Shown in pieces: positions 33,635 through 45,520 of a DNA stretch of 64,000 nucleotides. Every line of letters starts with the position of its first letter. Position 1 is the stretch's first letter. Made by a program: the position numbers and the translations under genes. Under the pieces are notes generated by a model. That model did no database searches and had not been told where the DNA came from. It saw only the letters and a list, made by a program, of their open reading frames with translations. Origin of the DNA: Eutreptiella sp. 'Long Island Sound 2002'. Its lineage: Eukaryota > Protista > Euglenida. The stretch spans positions 9,052,001 to 9,116,000 of the forward strand of contig OZ038378.1 in NCBI GenBank assembly GCA_964036045.1, read 5' to 3'.

Positions 33635-35257
33635 CTACAACTGCAGCTTGCGTGCAACAGGGCCACGGCGCTGCTGCTTCAGCAATATAGCTTGATATGT
33701 AGAATCCACAACTGGTGCGTTGAGAAACTCAGCAACGTGCTTCCAAAACTTTAGGGTGACTCCCGCTGGGCTTGCACCATCAAGTGCAGAAATCTGCACG
33801 GCCACAGAATTTTGCTGGCAATTCTTTTGGTGTGCATGCGTAGGCTGAATGTCATCATCAGCCACAGCACCACCGGCACCACCACCACCAAAGGACATTA
33901 TCTCAGGGGACACACATTCCATCATCGCAGGTGAATACGAGGATGAAAATGGTGATGTGCTTTGGTAATATGGGGATGCACTTGCGCTCAATGATGGACC
34001 TGGAGAAGGCGATACATTTGTCGACGGAGTGCAGAATGTTGCAGGCGGAACACTGCTTGGGTAGGGTGATGTGGATAGGCTAGAGAATAATGTCCCGGGA
34101 GAGGCAAGTGGAGACGGGGACAAAAGGGGTAGGGATGGGGATGGGGATGGGGATGGGGATGGGGATGGGGATGGGGATGGGCTGTAGCCCAGACTGGCAT
34201 CTTGCGGCAGGATATACTCCACTTCTGTGTCCGTTGAGGTGACGCCAAGGTCTCTATCACGGCAGCGTTCAAGTTGACGCTTAAGCCTTTGCAGTGAGCT
34301 CTGCACTGCGTCTCCAGACTGACTGGACTCGCTGTAGCTGGAGAGGCCAGATGCAGACCGCTGCAGAGTGCTGACGGAGGAGACTTCTGATACGGAACGG
34401 GCCAGAGTGCTCTCGTAGCAAGCGGAGCCATGCACGCTGCTCTCGTAGGACTGGGCACATGGCCCGGCATCCAACGTTGTCAGGGGCCATGGACCTTGTG
34501 CACCTGCGGATCCTGCAGCGGCACCACCTGACCATGGTTGTGGAGACGGCACCCACTGATTAATACCCATCATGGAGGGTTCAGTCCCTGCAGTGCAGGG
34601 TATGGCAGGACTGCGCAGGTGCCCTGTGGACGTTGGAAGGGAATACGAAGAGGGCATTCCAATACTCAGGCTATTGGGGCGGTTGCGCAGGACTGGCACC
34701 GATGACCGACGACAAGGCACCGCGTTTGCAGAGTGCATTGGTAAAAATGCTGTCTGCCAACCAGAAGATGCATTCAAGGAACCCGGCTGTGTCAGCGGAC
34801 TGTCCTGCTGCAGGGAAGGCGGCTGCAATGAAGGATCATTCAGGGACGTCTCGTTGGTCCCAAACCACTCGTCGACAGAGGCCTTTCGCCGCTGAATAGA
34901 TTTGCCGTGGTGGAGCTGCATGCGATATTGTTTCGTGTTCTTGCCTACGGACACATCGATCTTGTCGTTGTCCGGGTGCTCCTTGAGGAACGAGATGAGG
35001 TTTGAGAGCTGATGTTTGCCGATAATTTTCTCGTAGAGCTCAGCCTGTTGCCCACCTTCCTCACAAATGACCTTCTCCATCTGCTGGACAAGCATGCCGT
35101 TTCCATCCCTTTTCCTTTGCAAGATGCCGATCATCGTGTCAAGTAGCAACTTTCCATTGTGCTCATAAGGATTTCCGACTGGACACTCCGGGTGGCTCTC
35201 CACCGGGAGCTCCACGACGGGCTCCACACAAGAAATGGGCGCCTTTTGCGGGTGCAT
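33635..35257 (-). CDS. Host-like protein of about 540 aa: N-terminal LOTUS/OST-HTH-like winged-helix domain, then a long Ser/Pro-rich disordered region with an (SP)n tract
   Basis: 1.68-kb open frame; ATG at 35257 lies 6 nt after a pyrimidine-rich ...TTCTTCAAG acceptor-like site; aa pattern LLDTMIGIL...GML..QM......G...L.SFLKEHP...IDV at about 34913-35155; (GGGGAT)n at about 34136-34180. Confidence 0.7.
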   Translation of the reverse strand: MHPQKAPISCVEPVVELPVESHPECPVGNPYEHNGKLLLDTMIGILQRKRDGNGMLVQQMEKVICEEGGQQAELYEKIIGKHQLSNLISFLKEHPDNDKIDVSVGKNTKQYRMQLHHGKSIQRRKASVDEWFGTNETSLNDPSLQPPSLQQDSPLTQPGSLNASSGWQTAFLPMHSANAVPCRRSSVPVLRNRPNSLSIGMPSSYSLPTSTGHLRSPAIPCTAGTEPSMMGINQWVPSPQPWSGGAAAGSAGAQGPWPLTTLDAGPCAQSYESSVHGSACYESTLARSVSEVSSVSTLQRSASGLSSYSESSQSGDAVQSSLQRLKRQLERCRDRDLGVTSTDTEVEYILPQDASLGYSPSPSPSPSPSPSPSPSLPLLSPSPLASPGTLFSSLSTSPYPSSVPPATFCTPSTNVSPSPGPSLSASASPYYQSTSPFSSSYSPAMMECVSPEIMSFGGGGAGGAVADDDIQPTHAHQKNCQQNSVAVQISALDGASPAGVTLKFWKHVAEFLNAPVVDSTYQAILLKQQRRGPVARKLQL

Positions 35258-35317
35258 TGCGTCCTTGAAGAAAACATCGAAATGGTGCCACAACGTGACT
35301 AGCACTTGTCTCCACAA

Positions 35318-36090
35318 AAATGGCCGAAATCGCAGAAACCACGCAACCCCTCGGCCCGTACACTTTTGGGGAGGGGGGGGCGAGGACAGGCAAAATCTCG
35401 CATAGGGGCTTTTATCTCAACCCGTGGGCCCTCATACATTGGAAACGTCACAGTCCCCCCCCTTTTGAGCGCATTCGCGTGGAAGCCCAAAGGGTTAAAT
35501 TCAAGGTGAAAGCCAATCATAATCAGTGGGGGACCCTCGGACCCCACCACCTTTTTGGGGGTGCCAGGGGGGGCAGTTCAAAAAGAACACGACCCTCTAT
35601 TTTTTTTTATTGGGATGAAAGTTGCGAACTTTTGCGATTTTGGGGACTTTGAGGAAAAAGTTTTTGGGGCTCGGGGCTTCCATCGGGGACTGACTGAGGA
35701 TAAACCCAAGAAGCGGACCAAAACGGCACCCAAGAAGTGGACCAGAACGGCACGGGGATGAAGTGGGAATTCCCGTAAGAAATAACTTGAGAAGTGGACC
35801 AAACCGGCATGGGGATTGGCGGGGGATTAACCCAAGAAGTGGACGGTCGGTTCCAAACCGTGTTGATTTGGGAAGCCCCCCCCACTCTGAACTGCACCAA
35901 AATTTTGGCGAACCAGTCATTCATTCAACGTCAACTAACTCCGTTCGAAAAAGTTCCCCGATTGATATAAGAGACCTTGTGCACTGTAAGAGACCTTGGG
36001 CTTTGGCCCCAAGAGAAGGAATTAAGACATCCGGGTTTGGTATTTGGGGGTTTTTACGCACTTTTTATCATGTGGTCGGGGAATTTTTTT
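35318..36090. repeat. Interspersed repeat with internal 24-bp tandem units (CCCAAGAAGYGGACCARAACGGCA) and G/C runs
   Basis: Units at 35705-35728 and 35729-35752, with partial copies near 35789 and 35831; poly-G and A/T-tract composition like other short repeats in the window. Confidence 0.5.
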
Positions 36091-37115
36091 TTTGAATCCT
36101 TCGTTGTGTTGAGCAGAATCCTGGATGTTGCCATTGAGCCACCACAAGATGCTAGTCCGGGTGACAATGAGGAGTCAAAATTGTTGCCCCCTTCCCCCAA
36201 CACACACACCGCAAAATGCAGCATCTGGACTTGTTAAATTCTGGGACCCATGTGCCTCCAAGACAGAGGTTACTTGAAAGGTGGGTTTTCACTTTTGTGC
36301 CACTGAGGCTGAAATTGCGTGAGCAGTTGTGACCGTATTTTCAGCGCAGTGAGTAATTTTGCGCCTTTCAAGTGGGCCATGGCTGGCCCCTTGGAGGGCT
36401 AGCGGTGCAAAACTTCTACCAGAGGTCTACTTTGGCAACATCCCCGATCCCACTGTTCTTGGAAAGGGAGGGTACACATGCACAGTCACTCGGGTGTGGA
36501 GGACAACGCGGCTAGCGAGGCGAACACAAATTTATCGCATGCTGTTTGGTTTTTGGTTGGCACCGACACTACCCAACGGCCAAACATGTTGTAGAAGTAT
36601 TTTTGGTTGACTTCGGTGCCGTGGACACACCGTGCTCAGAGCTAGCTTCTGTTGCCATTCCATTTAGTGGGTGGCGAACGACGAGGCGTAGGCACGAACA
36701 AAGTTGTTCACAGATGCCTGTGAGCTGCATGTGCACTGCACTGCACTGCACTGTGCATGCGGGTTATACTGCACCTCGTCGTTCGCCACCATCGCATTAA
36801 AAGGAGCAAGAGGTGTTGCAGCCAGCACCTGGGGCTTCAACATGGCAAACCCCAGATGGGTCCGAGCCTTCCGAGTGCTCCGCTGAAAAAGGTTTTGTTT
36901 AACCTTCAGCGACATGTGACAGTAGCCCATGACCTTCAAGTTGGCAATGTGCAATTGGACGTAGGCTGAAACATTGCAAATAATGAACAAAGTGAACTTT
37001 GATAACTGTTGAATATAAATATACATACGTTAAATTGATCGTCAGATGAAAATTATCTCGAAAAAAACAAAACAAAAAGGGCATTTCGCCCTGTCCGCAT
37101 TTAGCAGACACGTAG

Positions 37116-39656
37116 GCCTCCGGTAGTCGTTTCGCCTGGGAGATCCGGTACCGCAGAAATTGCGCAGGGCCCGCTCAAGTAATGGTATGGATACCTCAGT
37201 GTGTGTGTGTGATTTGTTTGAGTTTTTTGGGGAAACGTTGATCATTCTCACCCACAATTCCAGGATGATACCCTCGAGGATTTTACGGTGGTCTTTGATG
37301 ACTACGAGAATTGCACATGGGAGGAGCAGCTCGAGACCTTGCATTCATTGAAGAAGCGTGTCGGCAACATGTCGCAAGAAGAGATCATTGCCCTCTTCCA
37401 ACAAATTGCATCGCCTTTGATGGAGGTGTGTTGCGTGTGATAATGCAAATCCCACGAAATATTCAAGGAAGTTGGGAAAGGCACCCAATTTTGAAAATTC
37501 GTTTAGGGTTCCAAGCGCGAGAAGGTGAAGTCAGAAGTGGTCGTAGCTTTGAGGGAGTGCTCGAAGTATGTTTCGAGTTCCAAGTGCTCTACGTGTTTGT
37601 GGCAAATCTGACGGGGATTCATTTGGTGAAATTCTAGCTGGTCCGTCAACGCTTTTTTGCCATTCGGTATCAATGCGATGCACGCTTCCTCTTAAGAAAT
37701 TGCCTCTGGAAGTGTCTTGAGCCTCGACCTACAGCCTTGACATCTTCTTTTCTTTTTCTTTTGCGGTGTTCCCAGCATGGTATTCGAAGATCGACTGAAA
37801 ATCGCTCAAGCATACACACTCCCATTGATTAAGTGGGTTTGCGATGTGGCCGTGTGCGAGGAAGTGCGGCATGAAGTGAGGGGTTGTGTGCAACGGCTGT
37901 TAGAAGATTGCAAGCACGCGGTGTTCGGCCCCAACGCCCTCCAAAACTTGATGGAATTTGTGCAACAAAACCTGCAGGGCTCCTCGGGTATATTTATGTC
38001 TATGATTGCTCATTCGTCTTTCCCAACGTCAATAGTTCTCCCTCTCGGTGTTTGTGTGGAGTCTCGCCGCCTGCCGTTAGCGATACAACACCCCTGTGCC
38101 GGTTTTCGTTGGACCCTCTAATCAACATCCGTATTGACCGTTGTAGTGCCCTATTGCGCTTTTCTTTTTGTATAGAAGAGATGGTCTTATTAACGTGTTT
38201 CGATTGTATCAAAGCGTTGTCGTGGCATGACACGACGCTCAACGACAAGGATTTTTGGCAATCAACAATAGGTGTGTCACCTCAATCGCCCATTCTAACT
38301 TGGAAGACAATTTGAGTACTATTCATGCCTCGAAACCGAACTTGGCCATATGACGGGACGTTTGGCCACCCATGTTCACATGCATGCCGTGCGTTTGATG
38401 TAAACAACTTCATGTAGCAAACGTTCGTTCTTTAACGCCCCCGCCTCAACTTTTCCTAACTTTTCCGTGTACCCCTTCCCCTTACCTATGAAGGTAGCCT
38501 TTCTGTCACAAATACCGAATAGAACCTCCAACCCTAGCGAAATTGAAGGGCAAGCTTCGTGGGAGTCTTGGTAGGCATACTTTAGCATTTGTGACCCGCC
38601 TATCAGTTTTGGTCTTGTTGATCGTCCTCGTGAAAGATTGTTGGCATTTCACGCGAATACTTGGTCTGGGCCAAAAAACGCACGCACACTTACGGATGCA
38701 AATTCAACACCGTGCAAAAGCTACAAGACATCCGAACTCCCAGTTTACGAGACCGACTGATGCATGTTCTACTCGACCACTGTGGGATGCGTGTAGGTTT
38801 TGGGCATGTCCAACCATTGATCTTTCTAACTGGGCCGCATGGCATGCTCAAATGCCACGCCTTTGTTGCATCGTTCCCCATCTATTTCCTCCTCTTAGAT
38901 GCATTGCAATCCATCAAAGATAGCGGGGACTTACCGGAAACGACGATCGGGGAGGCCGCTGCTTGCTATAATCAATTGTTACTACATTTGTGCGAAGTGG
39001 AAGTGTATGTTTCATGCGCCAAAACTTGTTCTATGACGTATCCCCTTCCCGAAACGCAACCGCTCTTTACGGCATAATGATCGAATTCTCGTTGCTCAAA
39101 CTCAATGGCCACTACAATACTGGCACCATGTGCCTCCGGCCCTTCACTGCAATTTCAATCGCACTGTATCTACGTGGAGCTGTCTATGTATCTTCATGGA
39201 TGATGCCTCCCATGCTGCATAATCCCGGCAAAACGCTCGTACAATGCATGATGCTGCTATGTGATGCATGCCTTCCAAGGCCCAAGTTGGTGCCTAAGAT
39301 GATGCATGCATTTTGCATTCCCGCCCAGCATTCTTTGCGTCGTTGCTCGTGTGGCGGGCGGTGGTTGGTGGCGCTCGCCCTAGGAGGACTGGCAAGGTTG
39401 TCGTGATTTTGGGCCATGACGAGGTACTATTACCACTACTACGGCCGGTGCGTTATGTAGGGGCTTAACAACAATTTTGCCGTTTTTGTCTTAGAAATAC
39501 TCCTGTCACTTATATGGTTCGAGATTCCATCATCCGGTCCCCGTGCACTGGGCGCGTGCTGAGCACCATCACGAACACCGTCGAAACGAACATCGAGGAG
39601 CCGGCATCCAAGGTATTGGAGACAATGTTCGTCCACCCAAAACGCGCTAGATTTGA
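37116..39656 (+). CDS. Compact multi-exon gene or pseudogene of unknown function (helical protein)
   Basis: AG/GT-bounded open exons 37264-37425 (DDTLEDF...ASPLME), 37776-37987 (MVFEDRLK...QGSS) and 38176-38271 (EMVLLTC...QSTI) with compatible phase between the last two; further candidates 37116-37184, about 37507-37631 (apparent frameshift), about 38690-39000 and about 39495-39656. Confidence 0.6.
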
Positions 39657-41522
39657 GGCAAGTGTGATGAATTCAAAAGGAGCTCACACTTGTAGAGTGA
39701 CATTGTTTGGTTGTAGTTTGAAGGAGGGTTGCTCGTCATTTGACTTGTGTTGGTGCCGGTATGGGTACGAATTGAAGAAGTTTCCTGCTTGCAATCTAAA
39801 TTCCTTGGGGTTTTGTCGACCCGTCTCAAACGTCCTGCTTGACCAAACATCTACCGAGGGTGTCATCAAAGATTCGCAAATTGCAAGTTTGGATGTCAAA
39901 TTTTGTGAGTGTAACCATGCCGGCCGAGCCTTTTTTGGGGTTTTTGTGTTGCCGAGTGTGTATGCCTCCCCAGTGCCCTTGCCTTGTAGATGCGGGCACT
40001 AAATATAGGGTATTGTACTCGGACTCGGCTTAAATCCTGGCAATTGGTTTTAACACCGTGTGTTACAAACCCCGGGGGTTCACACAATAACGGGCGACCG
40101 ATGAAACATAGATGTTTCTCTGTTTCCAAGTTCCACAAACATGCAACAATGGTGGCCTTTTTTTGGGTCGCAACCACTAAGACACGCACAACAATGTGGA
40201 TTCCAATCAAATCGGTGTATCATACCCGGATTCGGAATCGTTAAACCCTGGGTACGATACCCGGTTTATTGTCTGAATACCTGGGTGTGGCGCCCGGATT
40301 TGATTAACCAACCATTGCTACAAGTACATTCAGTGACCATCCACGACCCACCACCATCTTGTACAGCGGTTTTTCTCCCACGGCATTTCCCTGCCTGATT
40401 CCATTTCCATACGAGGTGCTCAGGGGTAGAGTGTATCACCCCAGCCCCCCCCCCCCGGGCAGGCCCAAAATGTTGGTACGAGTAGATCAAATAGGGCAGT
40501 AGAAAAAATTTTCTCCAATTTATAATTCTGTTACAAAAAGATTTTCAATGCCCCCACAAGTATACAACAATGGTGTGGGGAACTCCAATAATGAATGAAG
40601 GTATACCCCCCGGTGCGCTCCCTATGCAGCCCAATACGGCTACGGTGAAATGGCCAAGGGAACAACATCGTGTTTGAACCCGAGCATTTCAGTGGATGGA
40701 TCATGGTCTGTCAAATCATACAAGACCATACTCTCGAGCCGGTTTTACAAACACAAATTGCACCTCGGCCTTTTGTCAATCGTCAAATTGCCATAATCTC
40801 ACGGGATCTCGAATATGTTGCTTTTGGGTCACCGCACTTTGCCCCCACCCCCTTGGAAGGTGCTCACGGAAGGCTCGTGGAAATGTTTTGGCAGAGACGG
40901 GGGGGGGCGAGGAAAAGGCTAGCAGAGGCTAGGAAAGATGGGGAAGAATGTGGGAAAACATGTGAATATGTGCGCTGTGTTTGATTGTTGGTTTTATTGT
41001 CACCTCTTTTTCAATGCCGTCCAAAAAAGTCAAGCTCGGGTGAGCTGCCCACAGGATTCCCCAACACCCTCCAAGATAGGCGCCACATACCATGAGAATG
41101 CCGTTGACGAGGCACAACAACTGACAATGCAACCGCCACTTGTGGATGCCCAAGGCAGCCAACCGTTACTACCAATGTTGAAGACAGGCAACAATTGACA
41201 ACATAACCACAGTCTCACAGAAAAAGGGACAGGATAAGGTGGTGTCTCGTATCATCTTGGAGGCAGAATGGGCTGCCCATGAAGCAACGGAATGGCCTTC
41301 TTATTGGGCTAATCCAGAGGTGCCCAATGTACCCCTTAATTTACAATTGGTTGAGCACCGGAACTCCCTACCCGACTCCCTCCCCGGCCATACGAATTTC
41401 CCCCCATTTCTCCCGGTTTCCCATGCCAACCCCCCCCCTGGCCACCAGAAAATCCTTTTGCAAGGATACCATGGAACCCTGAAAATGTTGCTGAGGGTGT
41501 CGCTGATTACACCTGAGCCCCA

Positions 41523-41966
41523 ATGGCACAGACGCTCCGGGCTGCATCTGCACGTCGTGTTGCTGCCTCTCCCCCGGCCCCTGTCCAGAGGGAAGGCCGC
41601 AGGAGCTCCGGCAGGCGAAGCTCTGGCAACAGAACCCCCAGTGTCCGGAAAGACGTGTTCCCCGAAATCCCCGAAACAAGCCCCAGGCCCACACATCGGA
41701 TATCCTTCGAGCTGCTGCTGTCGCCCCAGCGCAAGCAAGTCGACGTCCCCCTGTCGCTTCCACCCACGCTTCTCCCCATCAGCACAGCCAGCGCCCTTGC
41801 GTCCGCACCCGCTCCAACGCTCATGCCCTGCCCCAAGTTTCAGGGTCAGCCCTCGGTCAGCTTCGAGTCTTCCGCCTGCGAGGCTGCGTCCAGCCCTGTG
41901 GAGGAGGAGGTGTGCAGCTGTGGGCAGAGTCACACCGCCCCCTTGGAAGGCGCTGTGTTGGACTGA
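41523..41966 (+). CDS. Possible exon encoding a Ser/Pro/Ala-rich disordered peptide
   Basis: GC-rich open frame with coding-like codon use; splice partners not identified. Confidence 0.3.
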   Translation: MAQTLRAASARRVAASPPAPVQREGRRSSGRRSSGNRTPSVRKDVFPEIPETSPRPTHRISFELLLSPQRKQVDVPLSLPPTLLPISTASALASAPAPTLMPCPKFQGQPSVSFESSACEAASSPVEEEVCSCGQSHTAPLEGAVLD

Positions 41967-43487
41967 CGTTGCGGGGCCTAAAGTACGTAAAGCAACTCAT
42001 TTGTACTTTTGGAGAATATTAGTGGCAAAGAGCTGGCGGTGACAGCTGGGCTGCACTATCGTAGTGCAGTATTTCCCCGAACTCTAGTTTTCTCTGGGGT
42101 CGGCATTTTGAGGTTGCCTTCTTCCCCTGGCACTCAGTTTCTGTTGGGCGTAGCTTTTTTTGGGAAATAGCATCCTTCGTCAGAGACCATTTCGGTTCAA
42201 CCATTTGCCTGGCGCCCCAGCCAGGCGTACCCAGTGTACCCACCCAGCCAACCAGCACCACTAAATGGGACCCAAGATGCTGCGAAAAAGAGTTGAATTT
42301 CATCCCAGCCCATGCTAGCCGCAGGACATGGATGCACCCTTGTGGACCCCAGTCACCAGTGTGCTGCATTCTGCCTGTAGCTTTTATCTCCCTCTCCCGA
42401 GTATGTTACCTCTGCTTTTTCGTGCTGTTTTATTATTTTGTGGTCGCAAGTGTTCGTAGCAATTACAATGTTGTGCACCATGCCTCTGTGCCCTAAAACT
42501 GAGAGAAGACCCTTTATCCTGCATGTATGTATGTATGTATGCCCTATGAACTGTGAGCCTATGGTCCACCCAGCCAGACCCGAGTCCCAAAACAACACCC
42601 CCCTCCTCTTGAGTCATTTGCGATCCTTCCCCCACACGTGGTGGATAGACAAACGCCCTGATCCAATTTTGCGGGAAGAGATGCACAAATGCATGGAATG
42701 GGAGTACAAAGAAACAGGTGTGCAAGAACGTGGTGTTCTCTCTCCTGTTGTGATTGAACCTCTCGGAAAGAGGAACCCAAGCCCAAGCTGCAACGCATGG
42801 TGTTATCAGGGACCTAGGTGATTGCCTCATAAATTTGGGCTGTGCGTGGTGGCACCGCTCTAATGCTGATGTTTCAGCCACTCGGGATCCAAATCGATGC
42901 GCAACCAGCCTCCAAGATGTTAATGTTTCAGAAGGTGGGAGATACAAGGCCTTCACACTTTATCAACAGCCACAGCCACAGCTTCGCTAGATAGGGTAGT
43001 GTATTGCAAATTTCTCCTCGAGAGTGCGCCACAATTTACTTTTTTCAAGGACAATTACCCAAATTGCCATAGGCAGCAAGGCGCTCTGCAGGAAAGGCAT
43101 TCTCTTTGGGGTGCAGCATCCGGTCTGTGGTATTATTCGCTTTCTGCACACCTTCTAGCCACAAAGTGGGTTGGAGGGAATAGTCCGGAACTCCCACCAA
43201 GGGGGATTTGGTCCATTAGGAATGTGACATTTTGTTTTTTAAATAGGCCGCAAAATTTACCGTAGAAAATTCCAAAGGCATGTGGGGGGGGGGGGGGGGG
43301 GGGCGACTCTGCGGGTCCTAGGACGCCAACTACCCCCCCTTCCCCCCCCAAAGGGGCCTCCGGCTAACAGTTAGTTGCCAAAGGTGCCAGCCTCAGGAGT
43401 CCATGGGCGCCAAAGGCGCCCGACACTCCATGGGCACCAAAGGCGCCCGAAGGAAAATTTTTCCACTTTGCACCCCAACACTATCCT

Positions 43488-43590
43488 TAAACCCAACCCT
43501 CACCCTACCGCCCACCCCAACGCTAAGCCTAGCCCTAACCCTAGCCCTCGCTCTAACCCTAGGCTAGGGTTAGAGTTAGTGTTGGGGTCC
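43488..43590. repeat. Degenerate telomere-like (CCCTAA / TTAGGG) interstitial repeat with a head-to-head palindrome
   Basis: CCCTAG/CCCTAA hexamers switching to GGGTTAGAGTTAG; perfect CTCTAACCCTAG-G-CTAGGGTTAGAG at 43551-43575. Confidence 0.7.
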
Positions 43591-45189
43591 AAAATGAAGA
43601 GCACTAATGTCGCAAAAAGTAGCCATGAATGAAACTCAGGGGATCTTGTTCAACCTAATCAACATGGCTGGCATGACCAAAGCAGCTCGCTGCACAGTTC
43701 AGGGTGATGAATGGTTAGAGGGAGGGCAAGGCGAGGTAAGGGGAGCGTGTGATTGACCAACGCTTGGCCTTGGGGGCATGCCCCACCCCCCCCAACGGAC
43801 CCTCCATGTAAATTCAATCCCTTCTTGGGAACCCAATTGCGGCTCCGATTGGAGGCCGGCCCATGAATGATTTGTTATTTGTAATCTAATCTGTTACAGA
43901 TAGGGGTGAGGTGTGGCAGGGGTTTGCACCAACTGATCCTTTGTGATCCATGTCACGCAAAGAAACACATGAAAAATGATGGGCACAAAGTGACACACCA
44001 AAACCCAAGCACCGAAAAAATATCGTTTGATCGCGCGGGGATAAAAGGCGCTCACGAGACTTGACCACCTAGGTTAGAGGGAGCCACGTGTCCAATAGCG
44101 ACAATTACGCCCAAGTGCTCTGAAACGTTCATCACGAAGCGATCCACAAAGCTAGCTTTTTTTGTTGGTCGTGGTGTATTGATGTGTACACAATGTACAG
44201 CAAACGATGAAGCTTCCATTTCCATCAACCAGCCGTACTTTTGTGTGATGTCCCTCTCGACGTGCATACCCTCACAGCTACCGCGTGGTAAGGGGTAAAC
44301 TGGCTATACACAGAAAAGCGCGTTCACAATGACACAAGCAAAGCACAAGGCTCTTTGGTGGCACACCATAGCAGTGCCCCCCCCCTTCAAAAGCCCCAGA
44401 GCCCGCCTATCACCTCTTCTAGAACCCCCCCCCCCCCCCTAGGGGGCCTTCGGCCAAAGTGGGGGGGGGGGAGCCCCAACAGGACACACAACAAGACGCA
44501 AGGGAACCATGAGGTGCGAGCACTGCAGCAACCACCAAATGCGGCACACGCCGAGGGAGCCATCAACAAACACCCCCCCTCCCTCTACAAGGTGCCCACG
44601 TACTCCACAAGGGCGGGGGCTGCGCGCCGCGCGCCGGGAGGTGCCCGCCACAGGGGTGGCAACAGGGCCGTGAACAGCCAACCGCGCATGGGACAGTCCA
44701 CGTCGTACGGAGATGTGAAATCCTCGTACGGGGGGGGCAGGCGGGTGGGAAAGGAGGGGGTGCGCGACATGGGCACCCAGGAGCGCCACCAGACAGGGGG
44801 AGGAGCAACACAGACACACAGAATGCGGGAGCCACACCAAGGGGGACAAGGGCGGGCACACCAGACAAGGAGGAGGGGCACAGCAAGGCAGGAGAGGCAA
44901 CCAGAACAGCGGGAACAGGGAACCAGAATGGAGCGAATGGTGGAGCATGCGCATGGGAGGCAGCGACAATAAAGGGGATGGCTTGGCCAGCCAGCCTCGT
45001 CGCTACCGGGTGCCAGGGCAACCCCTGCTCAACCGGCATCAGGTGGGGGGTGTCTCAAGCAGCCCAGATGGGCTGTTTGCGCAACAGGAGCGGGAGCCCA
45101 TCAGGGGCAGACCAGCCGTGAGGGGGAAAAGGACATATGGTGGACGGCCCAGACAGCGCGTGGAGGAACAGGGCATCTGGGCCGCACAG

Positions 45190-45520
45190 AAACACAGCGA
45201 GGCAGGCTATGGACGGCCTGTGGACAGAGACGTGTGGACAGCAAAAACAGTCAAACGACCCCGGCAACAACCAGCACATCCTCAATACGCCAATTATTGG
45301 GCGCCGCTGACGCGCAAACGGCACACCATGCCACATTCAGCAGAGCCCCAACACACCAACTACTGGGCTCCGCGAACGCGGAAACGACACCAGCAAGAGC
45401 ACTGGCCGCAGCGGCCAACAGAAAGCAGCGACCCGGCGCAACATGCCAAGGGAAAAACGGGTGACCGTCCAGGGCCCCATAAAGGAGCAACAACCAGACG
45501 GAATGTCACACAGGGGGTAG
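45190..45520. repeat. Interspersed repeat with an internal imperfect tandem duplication of about 69 bp
   Basis: Two related units translate as PQYANYWAPLTRKRH and PQHTNYWAPRTRKRH; I recall this string from spurious Eutreptiella predicted proteins (unverified recollection). Confidence 0.55.
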
